A stretch of 64,000 bases of DNA from Candidatus Hydrothermus pacificus (GTDB lineage Bacteria; Hydrothermota; Hydrothermia; Hydrothermales; Hydrothermaceae): contig MTOH01000002.1 in assembly GCA_002011615.1 (NCBI GenBank), positions 207,526-271,525 of the forward strand. The letters are read 5' to 3'. Numbering within the stretch: the first letter of the stretch is position 1; every line of letters starts with the position of its first letter. Below are positions 19,255 through 28,050 of the stretch, in pieces. A program made the translations under genes and the position numbers. The notes beneath the pieces are model-generated. The model was not told the DNA's origin. It was given only the letters and a program-made list of their open reading frames with translations, and made no database searches.

Positions 19255-19896
19255 ATGAAAAAAAAATTGAGACCCCTTTACGGGATAGCAGGGACTGGCT
19301 CCATCCCCCGGGGCAAGTTTTTACATAGAGTTGAAAGGGCTATCCTGGGAGGGGTCTCTGTTTTTCAATTAAGGGAAAAAAATAAAAGTAAAAAAGAGAT
19401 TATTGAAATTGCGAAGGAAGTAAAAAAAATATGTTCTGCTTATAATACAGTTTTTATAATAAATGATAACCCTTATATTGCAAAGGAAGTTGATGCTGAT
19501 GGAGTTCATCTTGGAAGAGATGATTTTGATGTAAAAACAGCAAGAGAAGTTCTGGGAGAGGACAGTATAATAGGGGTTTCCTGTTATGACAGTTTTGAGA
19601 GGGCAGAGGATGCTCAAAAAAATGGTGCTGATTATGTGTCTTTTTCCTCTCCTTTTAAATCACCCACAAAACCTTATAAACCTTTAACACCCTGGGATGT
19701 AATTGAAAAGGCTGTTGAAGACCTGGAAATACCTGTTTATGTGATAGGTGGTATAAATAGAGATAATATTGATGAAGTTTTAAAAAGAAAAGCTTTTGGT
19801 GTATGTGTAATATCCTGTATCTTCAATTCAGAAGACCCTTTTTTCCCTGCTTTTGAGTTAAAAGAGAAGATTCTAAAAAATAAGGGTAAAAATTAA
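19255..19896 (+). CDS. thiE: Thiamine-phosphate synthase ThiE
   Basis: 213 aa; TIM-barrel ThiE motifs (VFQLREK, GADYVSF, VIGGI). Confidence 0.85.
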   Translation: MKKKLRPLYGIAGTGSIPRGKFLHRVERAILGGVSVFQLREKNKSKKEIIEIAKEVKKICSAYNTVFIINDNPYIAKEVDADGVHLGRDDFDVKTAREVLGEDSIIGVSCYDSFERAEDAQKNGADYVSFSSPFKSPTKPYKPLTPWDVIEKAVEDLEIPVYVIGGINRDNIDEVLKRKAFGVCVISCIFNSEDPFFPAFELKEKILKNKGKN

Positions 19897-20030
19897 AATT
19901 AAATTAAAGCCATTCAATCTTTTTTTGAAAACTTTTAAAGATGTCCTGCATTGTTCAAAGAGGAAAATTGCTTGGAATGTATTGAAATAATAAATTTAAG
20001 TCTAGAATGTTAATGTATTCTGAAGCTCTT

Positions 20031-20060
20031 TTGACATCTTTTCTGCTTAAATTTTATAAT
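20031..20060 (+). promoter_or_regulatory. Sigma70-type promoter (TTGACA-N18-TATAAT) giving a near-leaderless transcript for the antiporter gene
   Basis: -35 at 20031-20036, -10 at 20055-20060; the ATG at 20071 is only 10 nt downstream of the -10, leaving no room for an SD. Confidence 0.45.
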
Positions 20061-20070
20061 TTCAGGACTT

Positions 20071-21225
20071 ATGGAACTTGTTTTTTCTTTTTTTCTCACA
20101 TTACCCTGGATTTTTTTTAAATTTTCAGGTGTTCATATCCCGCCTTATATTGTCGCACTTATAAGTGGTTTGTGTATTGCAGGAGGGGCATATATTTTGA
20201 CAGTGGCAACAGAGGGCGCTCAGATTGATTTTCCCAAGGCACTTGCCTTTGCATTTCTGGCATTCTTTGCTGTTCTTCCTGAATATATTGTTGATTTTTA
20301 TTTTGCATGGATGGCTCCGAAAAAAGCAGGTTATTCTTCCTATGCTCTTGCAAATATGACAGGTGCAAACAGACTTTTGATAGGGATAGGGTGGTCCCTT
20401 GTTATGTTTCTTTTTGCAATAAAGTTTAAAAAGAAAACCCTTCATCTTGAAAAAAGTTTGAATCTTGAATTGAGAGCACTTTTACTCGCAACGATTTATG
20501 CATTCATATTGCCTCTGAAAAATACGCTTACACTGCTGGATTCTTTTGTATTTCTGACTATTTTCTTTGTTTATATATGGAATGCTTCAAAATCTTATAA
20601 AGCGGAAATTGAAGAAGTAGGGTTCTTAAAAAAACTTATTTCTATGAAAAAATCGCTAAGGCTGTCACTGGTTTTAGTTTTATTCTTATACGCGGGTTTT
20701 TGTATTGTTATATCAGGAGAACCCTTTGCAGAGTCTCTTGTTGAAACAGGCAAGATTTTTGAAATAGAGGAGTTTCTACTTGTCCAGTGGGTTGCCCCAC
20801 TGGCATCAGAGTCACCAGAAATAATTGCGATGAGTATTTTTGTTTTAAAGGGTAGACCCTCTGCGGGTTTTAATACCCTTGTTTCTTCAAAAGTGAATCA
20901 GTGGACACTACTTGTCGGGACTTTGCCAGTGGTCTACGCTATATCCTCTTTCTCCCTTCATGGATTGCATATAGATTTGAGACAGAAAGAAGAAATATTT
21001 TTAACCGCTGCCCAGAGTTTGCTGGCAATTGTAGCTCTTGCTGATTTTGATTTCAATATATACGAGGCATTTATGCTCATTTTCTTATTTTTAATTCAAT
21101 TTGCGATTCCCCACCCAAAAGCACGAGTACTTCTGGGAATTGCATATATTGTAATAACAATTTTTTTCCTCCTTTCAAAGGGTAAAAGAAGGGGAATAAA
21201 AGATAACTTTTTTAAATTAAAATGA
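20071..21225 (+). CDS. Ca2+/cation antiporter (CaCA family) membrane protein
   Basis: 384 aa polytopic membrane protein with two alpha-repeat-like motifs containing the conserved PE (AVLPEYIV and ASESPEIIAMS). Confidence 0.65.
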   Translation: MELVFSFFLTLPWIFFKFSGVHIPPYIVALISGLCIAGGAYILTVATEGAQIDFPKALAFAFLAFFAVLPEYIVDFYFAWMAPKKAGYSSYALANMTGANRLLIGIGWSLVMFLFAIKFKKKTLHLEKSLNLELRALLLATIYAFILPLKNTLTLLDSFVFLTIFFVYIWNASKSYKAEIEEVGFLKKLISMKKSLRLSLVLVLFLYAGFCIVISGEPFAESLVETGKIFEIEEFLLVQWVAPLASESPEIIAMSIFVLKGRPSAGFNTLVSSKVNQWTLLVGTLPVVYAISSFSLHGLHIDLRQKEEIFLTAAQSLLAIVALADFDFNIYEAFMLIFLFLIQFAIPHPKARVLLGIAYIVITIFFLLSKGKRRGIKDNFFKLK

Positions 21226-22193
21226 TTTCTCCTTATGGAATGGGGTTTTTAATTTATAGATTTTTTTATTCAAGAATTCAAAAGAAGTTTCCCTATGCTT
21301 CTATATGCACGGGGAGTCTGTTGATGGGTGGTGCAGGAAAAACACCGCTCACAATCAAGATTATTGAAGAACTTATTTCAGCAAGAAAAAGACCTGCACT
21401 TATCATAAGAGGTTATAAAAGGAAGCTTAAAAAAGATTTAATAATAAAAGGCGGGGATTATTCTCCTTTTGATACAGGTGATGAAGCATACCTTTATCTG
21501 AAAAAATTCGGGGATAAAGTGATAATAGGAATTTCAAAAAAAAGAGAGAGGATTGCAAAACTGATTAAAGAAAGGTATGACCCTGATGTGTTTGTTCTTG
21601 ATGATGCTTATCAGTATTTAAAATACAGATTCTGGTTGAATATTTTGATTATGCCTTATGGAGCTGTTTTTAGAAAGGAAAAAATTTTTCCTTTTGGTAA
21701 GTTGAGAGAGGATTATAAGGGAATAAAAAGAGCCGACCTGTTTGTGATTAATGAAAAATTTAACCGGTTGGATCAGGGAGAAAGAAAAAAGATAAGAAAA
21801 ATCTTGAAAAAGATGGGGTTTATAAAAGAAATCATTTTTATGAAATATGTTTTGAAGAATTTTAAAAATTATGCCGGTAAAAAAATTACACTGAAAGAGT
21901 TGAGAGGTAAAAAACTGTTTGCCTTTTGCGGGATAGGGGAGCCTGAGAGTTTTTTCAAGCTTTTTAACAGGATAAATTTAAGTCTGGAGGAAGGTTTAAG
22001 GTTTCCTGACCATCATTTTTACCAGGACAGGGATTTAAAAGGAATTTTTTCAAAGAAATACGACTATTTTATAACAACAGAGAAAGATTTAATTAAGATA
22101 AAGAATCCCCCGGATAATCTAATTTATCCTGAATTTGATATTGAAATTGATGAGGGGTTTACGAAAAAATTAATTAAAGTATTAGAATCTTAG
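21222..22193 (+). CDS. lpxK: Tetraacyldisaccharide 4'-kinase LpxK
   Basis: 323 aa; P-loop GSLLMGGAGKTP at the position typical of LpxK. Confidence 0.8.
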   Translation: MISPYGMGFLIYRFFYSRIQKKFPYASICTGSLLMGGAGKTPLTIKIIEELISARKRPALIIRGYKRKLKKDLIIKGGDYSPFDTGDEAYLYLKKFGDKVIIGISKKRERIAKLIKERYDPDVFVLDDAYQYLKYRFWLNILIMPYGAVFRKEKIFPFGKLREDYKGIKRADLFVINEKFNRLDQGERKKIRKILKKMGFIKEIIFMKYVLKNFKNYAGKKITLKELRGKKLFAFCGIGEPESFFKLFNRINLSLEEGLRFPDHHFYQDRDLKGIFSKKYDYFITTEKDLIKIKNPPDNLIYPEFDIEIDEGFTKKLIKVLES

Positions 22194-22391
22194 AATTTAT
22201 TTTTGCTTTTAAAAGCTTATTTTTTCTTATTCTGTTTTTAAGGTTCCCATCTACCCGATTTAGTATATATATATTGAATCTACTATTATTTAATCTACTG
22301 ATTATATTTCCCTGCAAATCCTGATTGAGTTTGACCGCTGTTAAATTTGTCTATTTAAAATTCAAGTATAATAATCTGGATGTTCAGCGAT

Positions 22392-24647
22392 TTATTTTAT
22401 ATTTTTTGCTCCTATTATTATCTGACCTGGAGAGATTCCATTATCATTGGGGGGGATTCTCTGGTGAGTATAAACATTGAATTCCTTTGAAAGTTTCTTA
22501 TAAGTTTTCTCAGTTAAGATTCTGTTCTGGAAAACCCCTCCTGATAAAAATATTTTTTTTATTTTTATTTTTTTGACAATTCTGTAAATTACTTCTACCA
22601 GTGTGTTATGAAACTTTGATGAAATTATTTCTTTTTTTACTCCTTTTTTTAAATCCTCTATTATTTCTTTTATCATCTGTTCCCAGTCAAATATTAAAAC
22701 TCCGTCTTTTTCTTTTATTTCAAAATCGTAGAATTCATCAATTTTTTCATCTGCAATCCATTCAAGAAGCATAGCAGCCTGACCCTCATAGCTTATCTTT
22801 TGTTTTATTCCAATAATTGATGAAACTCCATCAAATAATCTTCCTGAAGATGTTGTCCAGAAGGCGTTTATATTTTTTTTGAACATTATTTTGAAATTTC
22901 TACTTTCTTTTTCATTTAAAGATTTTACAGGCTCTAAATCCATTTTAAATGCTTTTTCACCAAATATTTCATATAGAATTCCCATTGCACTTCTTCTGGG
23001 TTCCTTTATTGCCATATCTCCACCTATTAGCCTGAATTCTCTGAAAGTTCCAGCTCTTTCAAACTCCTTGTAATCACACATTAAAAATTCTCCTCCCCAT
23101 ATTTTCCCATCTTTTCCATATCCTGTCCCGTCCCATGAAATTCCCAGAACTTTTTCATCTATCTCATTGTCAATCATACAGGATACAATGTGAGCATGAT
23201 GATGATATACAGGTATTAAAGGTTTATCCATCTGTTTTGCATGTTTTGTTGAAAGATATTCAGGATGGGCATCGTGAGCAATATATTCAGGTTCAAATTC
23301 AAAAAGTTTTTTAAAGTCTTCAATTGTTTTTATAAAACCTTTATAACTTTCTTCTTTTTCTAAATCGCCTATATGCTGGGATACAAATATTTTTTTACCT
23401 TTTGAAATTGCGATTGTGTTTTTTAAATGTGCTCCCAGAGCAAGTATTGGAGGTAGTTTTTCTTTGAATATTAAAGCAGAAGGAGCATATCCCCTTGCTC
23501 TTCTTATTATGTATTCTTTTCCAAGAACAACCCTTACAACAGAATCATCGACATACCTTTTTATGGGTCTTGTATGGGTTAAGAAGTAGTCTGCAATATC
23601 TTTTAATTTTCTAAAGGCGGTTTCATCTTCAAATGCTATGGGTTCATCAGTTATATTTCCTGAGGTGCAGACAACAGGTGTTTTTAATTCCATCATTAAA
23701 ATGTGATGGAGGGGAGTATAGGGTATCATAACTCCGAGAAATGGGTTCATAGGAGCAACATAATGGGAAACTTTTTTATTTTTCTTTTTTAAGAGCAGGA
23801 TTGGTGATGCCGGTGATTTTAAAATTATTTCAGAAATTTGATCAACATAAACGTATTCTTTTAAAGACTCTATATCCGGAAACATTAAAGCAAAAGGTTT
23901 TTCTTCTCTTTTTTTTCTTTTTCTCAAACTTTTTACAGCATTGTCGTCAAGAGCATTGCATAAAAGCTGGTAACCCCCAAGTCCTTTTAATGCGATTATG
24001 TGCCCTTTTTTAATGAATTCAGCAGACTTTTGAATGGCATTAAAACCTTTTGCTATTATATTTTTATTTTCATCCCTTAGATAAACTTCTGGTCCACATA
24101 AAGGACATGCATTTGGTTGTGCGTGAAATCTTCTGTCTTCGGGGTTCTTATATTCTTTTTCACAGTCTTTACACATTTTGAATATTTTCATGGTTGTGTT
24201 TTTTCTGTCATAGGGCACTTTTTCTATTATTGAGAATCTGGGACCACAGTTTGTGCAGTTTGTGAATGCATACAGATATCTTCTATCTTTTTTCTCAAAG
24301 ATTTCTCTTAGACAGTCATAACAGGTAGCAATATCGGGCAGAACAGATGATGCCATTTCTCCTTTTTCATCGGATTTTAAAATTTCAAATTTTTCAAAAC
24401 CCTCGGGGTCAAGAAAGTAAAAGTGGAGAAAGTGATAACTTGCTAAAGGAGGTTTTTGTTCCTTTAATTTTTTTAAAAAACTTTCCAGATTTTTTCTTTC
24501 ACCTTCAACCTCAATTAAAACACCTTTTGTTGTATTTCTTACAAATCCTTTGAGATTTAAAGATTTTGCAAGCCTGTAAACAAAAGGTCTGAAACCCACC
24601 CCCTGAACGTTTCCCTCTACTTCTACTTTAAGCTTTTGAATATTCAA
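22392..24647 (-). CDS. hypF: [NiFe]-hydrogenase maturation carbamoyltransferase HypF
   Basis: 751 aa; N-terminal acylphosphatase domain (VQGVGFRPFV), two CxxC...CxxC zinc-finger motifs, YrdC-like and Kae1/carbamoyltransferase-like C-terminal domains. Confidence 0.9.
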   Translation of the reverse strand: MNIQKLKVEVEGNVQGVGFRPFVYRLAKSLNLKGFVRNTTKGVLIEVEGERKNLESFLKKLKEQKPPLASYHFLHFYFLDPEGFEKFEILKSDEKGEMASSVLPDIATCYDCLREIFEKKDRRYLYAFTNCTNCGPRFSIIEKVPYDRKNTTMKIFKMCKDCEKEYKNPEDRRFHAQPNACPLCGPEVYLRDENKNIIAKGFNAIQKSAEFIKKGHIIALKGLGGYQLLCNALDDNAVKSLRKRKKREEKPFALMFPDIESLKEYVYVDQISEIILKSPASPILLLKKKNKKVSHYVAPMNPFLGVMIPYTPLHHILMMELKTPVVCTSGNITDEPIAFEDETAFRKLKDIADYFLTHTRPIKRYVDDSVVRVVLGKEYIIRRARGYAPSALIFKEKLPPILALGAHLKNTIAISKGKKIFVSQHIGDLEKEESYKGFIKTIEDFKKLFEFEPEYIAHDAHPEYLSTKHAKQMDKPLIPVYHHHAHIVSCMIDNEIDEKVLGISWDGTGYGKDGKIWGGEFLMCDYKEFERAGTFREFRLIGGDMAIKEPRRSAMGILYEIFGEKAFKMDLEPVKSLNEKESRNFKIMFKKNINAFWTTSSGRLFDGVSSIIGIKQKISYEGQAAMLLEWIADEKIDEFYDFEIKEKDGVLIFDWEQMIKEIIEDLKKGVKKEIISSKFHNTLVEVIYRIVKKIKIKKIFLSGGVFQNRILTEKTYKKLSKEFNVYTHQRIPPNDNGISPGQIIIGAKNIK

Positions 24648-24648
24648 G

Positions 24649-25314
24649 TTACTCTCTTATCCACTTCTCTCTTTCTTTTTTTACGAAGTCTGCAAGATGA
24701 CCTATCCCCTGATTTTTCAGGGCAGAAATCTCAAATATTCTAATCTCAGGGTTTATCTCCTTTGCTTCTTGTTTTACTTTTTCAATATCAAAAGGAAGAT
24801 GTGGGAGTAAATCTGTTTTTGTTATTATAAGAGCATGGGATGTTAAAAAAGTTTTTGGATATTTTTTGGGTTTGTCATCTCCTTCAGGGGTTGAAAGTAA
24901 TGTGAATCTTAAATTTTCTCCGAGATTGTAGACAGCAGGGCAGACAAGATTTCCGACATTTTCTATAAAAATTAAATCGTATCTTTCATTTAATTTATTT
25001 GTAATCTGTTCAATCATCACAGCTTCAAGATGGCAGGCACCACCGGTTATTATCTGAATTGAATCAAATCCCGCTTCTTTTATTCTCTTTGCATCTCTTT
25101 CTGTTTCAACATCACCCACAAGAACAATTGTTTTTAAATTTTCAATGCAGGGGAGTAATTTTTCCAGAAGAGTTGTTTTTCCTGCACCCGGTGAAGAGAG
25201 TATGTTTACAACAAATGTTTTTTGTTTATCCCACCTCTCGCGTAAATTCTTTGCAATTGCTTCATTTGCCTTTAAAAGAGGTATTGAGAAGTTTTCTGAT
25301 TTTATCTCGCCCAT
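24649..25314 (-). CDS. hypB: Hydrogenase nickel-incorporation GTPase HypB
   Basis: 221 aa; G3E-family P-loop (SSPGAGKTTLLEKL) and CH metal-binding motif (GGACHLE). Confidence 0.9.
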   Translation of the reverse strand: MGEIKSENFSIPLLKANEAIAKNLRERWDKQKTFVVNILSSPGAGKTTLLEKLLPCIENLKTIVLVGDVETERDAKRIKEAGFDSIQIITGGACHLEAVMIEQITNKLNERYDLIFIENVGNLVCPAVYNLGENLRFTLLSTPEGDDKPKKYPKTFLTSHALIITKTDLLPHLPFDIEKVKQEAKEINPEIRIFEISALKNQGIGHLADFVKKEREKWIRE

Positions 25315-25662
25315 TTAAATCTCCATTTCTATTTTTTCTATGACTATGTCCGAACCTTTTACCATATCGGTGAATGGGTTTCCACATTCAGGACATATAA
25401 ATGGAAAATCATCGGATTTAAAGATTCCATCACAGTTCCTGCATTTCATCTCCGGGTTTTCAATGTCTATTTCAAGAACCGTATTTTTAAACCACTCCTT
25501 TTCTTTTTTTAAAATTTCAAAAGAGTGAGAAAGTAAAATTGGCTCAACTCCTGAAAATTTCCCTACCTTTAAAACAATTCTCTCTATTTTGCTTGCATTT
25601 CTTTTTAATCCCTCCCCCTCCACAGTTTCAATAAGACTTAAAGCCAGAGAGTATTCATGCAT
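25315..25662 (-). CDS. hypA: Hydrogenase nickel-insertion protein HypA
   Basis: 115 aa; MHEYSLA N-terminus (Ni site) and CxxC...CxxC zinc site (CRNCDG...CPECG). Confidence 0.9.
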   Translation of the reverse strand: MHEYSLALSLIETVEGEGLKRNASKIERIVLKVGKFSGVEPILLSHSFEILKKEKEWFKNTVLEIDIENPEMKCRNCDGIFKSDDFPFICPECGNPFTDMVKGSDIVIEKIEMEI

Positions 25663-25663
25663 T

Positions 25664-27334
25664 TTAAAAGAGCCCCGTGATAGTTCCGTCCTCTTTTAAA
25701 TCAACTTTCAATGCAGCTGGTTCTTTTGGCAGTCCGGGCATCTCCATAATGTCTCCTGCGAGAGGGACGATGAAGTTTGCTCCTGCTTTCACTCTAACAT
25801 CGTCAATCTGGACTCTGAAACCTTTTGGTCTTCCTATAAGTTTTGAGTTATCTGAAAGTGAAGCCTGAGTCTTTGCAAGACATATAAAGGCATTCTTGAA
25901 TCCTATTTCTTCAAGTCTTTTAAGAATTCTGTTTGCTGAGGGTGAATAGTCCACTCCATCAGCTCCGTAAACTCTTGTTGCTACTTTTTCTATTTTTTCT
26001 TTCAAGGGGGTCTCAGGAGTGTAAAGAGGAGAATAATTTTTTGGCAGGTCAAACGCAGATACCGCTTTTTGAGCTAATTCTATTGCACCTTCTCCACCTT
26101 TTGACCATACCTCGCAAAAAGCATACTCAACACCTTCTGCTTCTAATAATTCTTTAACTTTTGCCTTTTCATTATCAGTGTCATGAGGGAAAACATTTAA
26201 TGCAACAACAGGAGGTATTCCAAAGTTATCCCTTATATTCTCTATATGTGCCTTCAGATTTTCAAAACCCTTTTCAATTGCAGATACATTCTCGTTTGTT
26301 AATTCTTTCTTTTTAACTCCTCCATGATATTTCATTGCTCTTATAGTGCCAACTATTACAGTAGCATCCGGAGAAAATCCTCCAATCTGACATACTATAT
26401 TCAGAAATTTTTCTGCTCCCAGGTCAGAACCAAACCCCGCCTCCACTACCGCAATTTCAGATAATTTTAAAGACAGAAGGATTGATGTTAGGGAACATGT
26501 TCCATGAGCTATGTTGCCGAAAGGTCCTGTATGAATTAATGCAGGTGTATTTTCAATAGTCTGGACAAGATTTGGCAACAATGCCTCTTTTAAAAGAGCG
26601 GCCATTGCTCCGTTTGCTCCAATATCTCTTGCAAATATGGGTTCTTTTGTTCTTTTAAATCCTATTAAGATATTTCCGAGTCTTTCCTTTAAGTCTTTAT
26701 AATCTCTTGATAGTCCAAGAATTGCCATTATCTCTGAGGCAGGAGTTATTACAAATCCATCCTCTCTGGGTGGACCGTTTGTCCTCCCCCCCAGACCTAC
26801 AACAACCTTTCTCAACGCTCTGTCATTCATATCCATTGACCTTGGCCACTGTATCTGTCTTGTGTCAAGTCCTACCGCATTTCCATGATGAACATGGGCG
26901 TCTATCATTGCTGATAAGAGATTATGGGCTGAGTCAACTGCATGGAAATCACCCGTGAAGTGGAGGTTAATATCTTCCATTGGAACCACCTGTGAGTAAC
27001 CTCCTCCTGTAGCGCCTCCTTTTATTCCGAATACAGGTCCCAGTGATGGTTCTCTCAGGGCAACCATTGATTTATGACCTATTCTCCAGAACGCCTGAGT
27101 GAGTCCTATACTTACAGTGGTTTTTCCTTCTCCATAGGGGGTTGGTGTCATTGCGGTCACCAGGACAAGTTTTCCATTTGTCCTGTCTTTTAATCTTTCC
27201 ATGAGACTCAATGAGACCTTGGCTTTATATTTACCATAGGGGATGAGCTCTTTTTCTTCTATACCTGCTTTTTCTGCGATTTTATATATTGACAACATTT
27301 TTGCTTTTTGAGCAATTTCAATATCTGTGAGCAT
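25664..27334 (-). CDS. fhs: Formate--tetrahydrofolate ligase (formyltetrahydrofolate synthetase)
   Basis: FTHFS motifs (PTPYGEGKTT, GGGYSQVVPME). Start set at the internal ATG (27334) with AAGGAGG SD, matching the usual ..SDIEIAQ N-terminus; ORF-track start is 27376. Confidence 0.9.
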   Translation of the reverse strand: MLTDIEIAQKAKMLSIYKIAEKAGIEEKELIPYGKYKAKVSLSLMERLKDRTNGKLVLVTAMTPTPYGEGKTTVSIGLTQAFWRIGHKSMVALREPSLGPVFGIKGGATGGGYSQVVPMEDINLHFTGDFHAVDSAHNLLSAMIDAHVHHGNAVGLDTRQIQWPRSMDMNDRALRKVVVGLGGRTNGPPREDGFVITPASEIMAILGLSRDYKDLKERLGNILIGFKRTKEPIFARDIGANGAMAALLKEALLPNLVQTIENTPALIHTGPFGNIAHGTCSLTSILLSLKLSEIAVVEAGFGSDLGAEKFLNIVCQIGGFSPDATVIVGTIRAMKYHGGVKKKELTNENVSAIEKGFENLKAHIENIRDNFGIPPVVALNVFPHDTDNEKAKVKELLEAEGVEYAFCEVWSKGGEGAIELAQKAVSAFDLPKNYSPLYTPETPLKEKIEKVATRVYGADGVDYSPSANRILKRLEEIGFKNAFICLAKTQASLSDNSKLIGRPKGFRVQIDDVRVKAGANFIVPLAGDIMEMPGLPKEPAALKVDLKEDGTITGLF

Positions 27335-27408
27335 GAAGACCTCCTTTTTTAAGAGTTTAATTATAAAGGGTTTCAAAAAATTTTAACAAAGAAATTATAA
27401 CAGGCTAT

Positions 27409-27687
27409 CTACCAGTTTATGACAAATTCGGTATATTCGTTGCCTTTTGAAATTCTTTTTGTGATTTCTATCTGAGTTTTGACATTAAATAATTTAAATG
27501 CCCCTTCTATCCATCCTGAGGCTCTTTCCTCAAAATACTCGTCAATATCTTTAATCTCTATTAATCTAACTATTGCTTTGCCAGGGGTATTTCTGACAAC
27601 AGTGAGCTTTCCAAAATTATAATAATATGAGTAAAAGAAATGGCCTTTACTGAGTAGCCAGTTTACATCTTTAATTTCATGAAACAT
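27409..27687 (-). CDS. Hypothetical protein, distal half of a frame interrupted by an in-frame TAA
   Basis: 92 aa; ATG immediately follows the TAA of the upstream ORF in the same frame, with no SD. Confidence 0.4.
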   Translation of the reverse strand: MFHEIKDVNWLLSKGHFFYSYYYNFGKLTVVRNTPGKAIVRLIEIKDIDEYFEERASGWIEGAFKLFNVKTQIEITKRISKGNEYTEFVINW

Positions 27688-27966
27688 TTAAAAAAAAGTT
27701 TTAAATCCATATTTTGCGCTATATTTTCCTATTTCCCTTGCAAAGACAGGGGCTTTCTGACCGAATAAATCACAGATTAATTTTGTAATTGTGAATAAAA
27801 TTTCATAATCATAGAAAGCCAATCCAATCATCTGTTTTAATAATTTAATTGTTCGCTCTGACAAATGCTTATAAAGATTCTCAAGTCCTTTTTTTCCGTA
27901 AGTTTCTTTAACAAAATTTAAAGTTGCCTCTATTGTTTCGCCTCTTACTTTTCCAGTTGTTTTCAT
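27688..27966 (-). CDS. Hypothetical protein, proximal half of the interrupted frame
   Basis: 92 aa; ends GFKTFF-TAA, then ATG in the same frame; the TAA sits inside an 8-nt homopolymer. Confidence 0.4.
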   Translation of the reverse strand: MKTTGKVRGETIEATLNFVKETYGKKGLENLYKHLSERTIKLLKQMIGLAFYDYEILFTITKLICDLFGQKAPVFAREIGKYSAKYGFKTFF

Positions 27967-28050
27967 TACTCCTTATATCAGTTTGAACTTGTTTTAAAAT
28001 TATAAAGGAATTTAAATTGATTGTCAATTAAATGATAACAGGAAGTTAAG

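Noticed and set aside
22194-22391. AT-rich convergent intergenic region with a tatatatatat run and duplicated aatctact motif, considered as a small RNA or regulatory repeat
   Set aside because: Only a short palindrome (gcttttaaaagc, 22205-22216) followed by a T-run, consistent with a weak lpxK terminator; no extended structure or coding potential was evident by eye.
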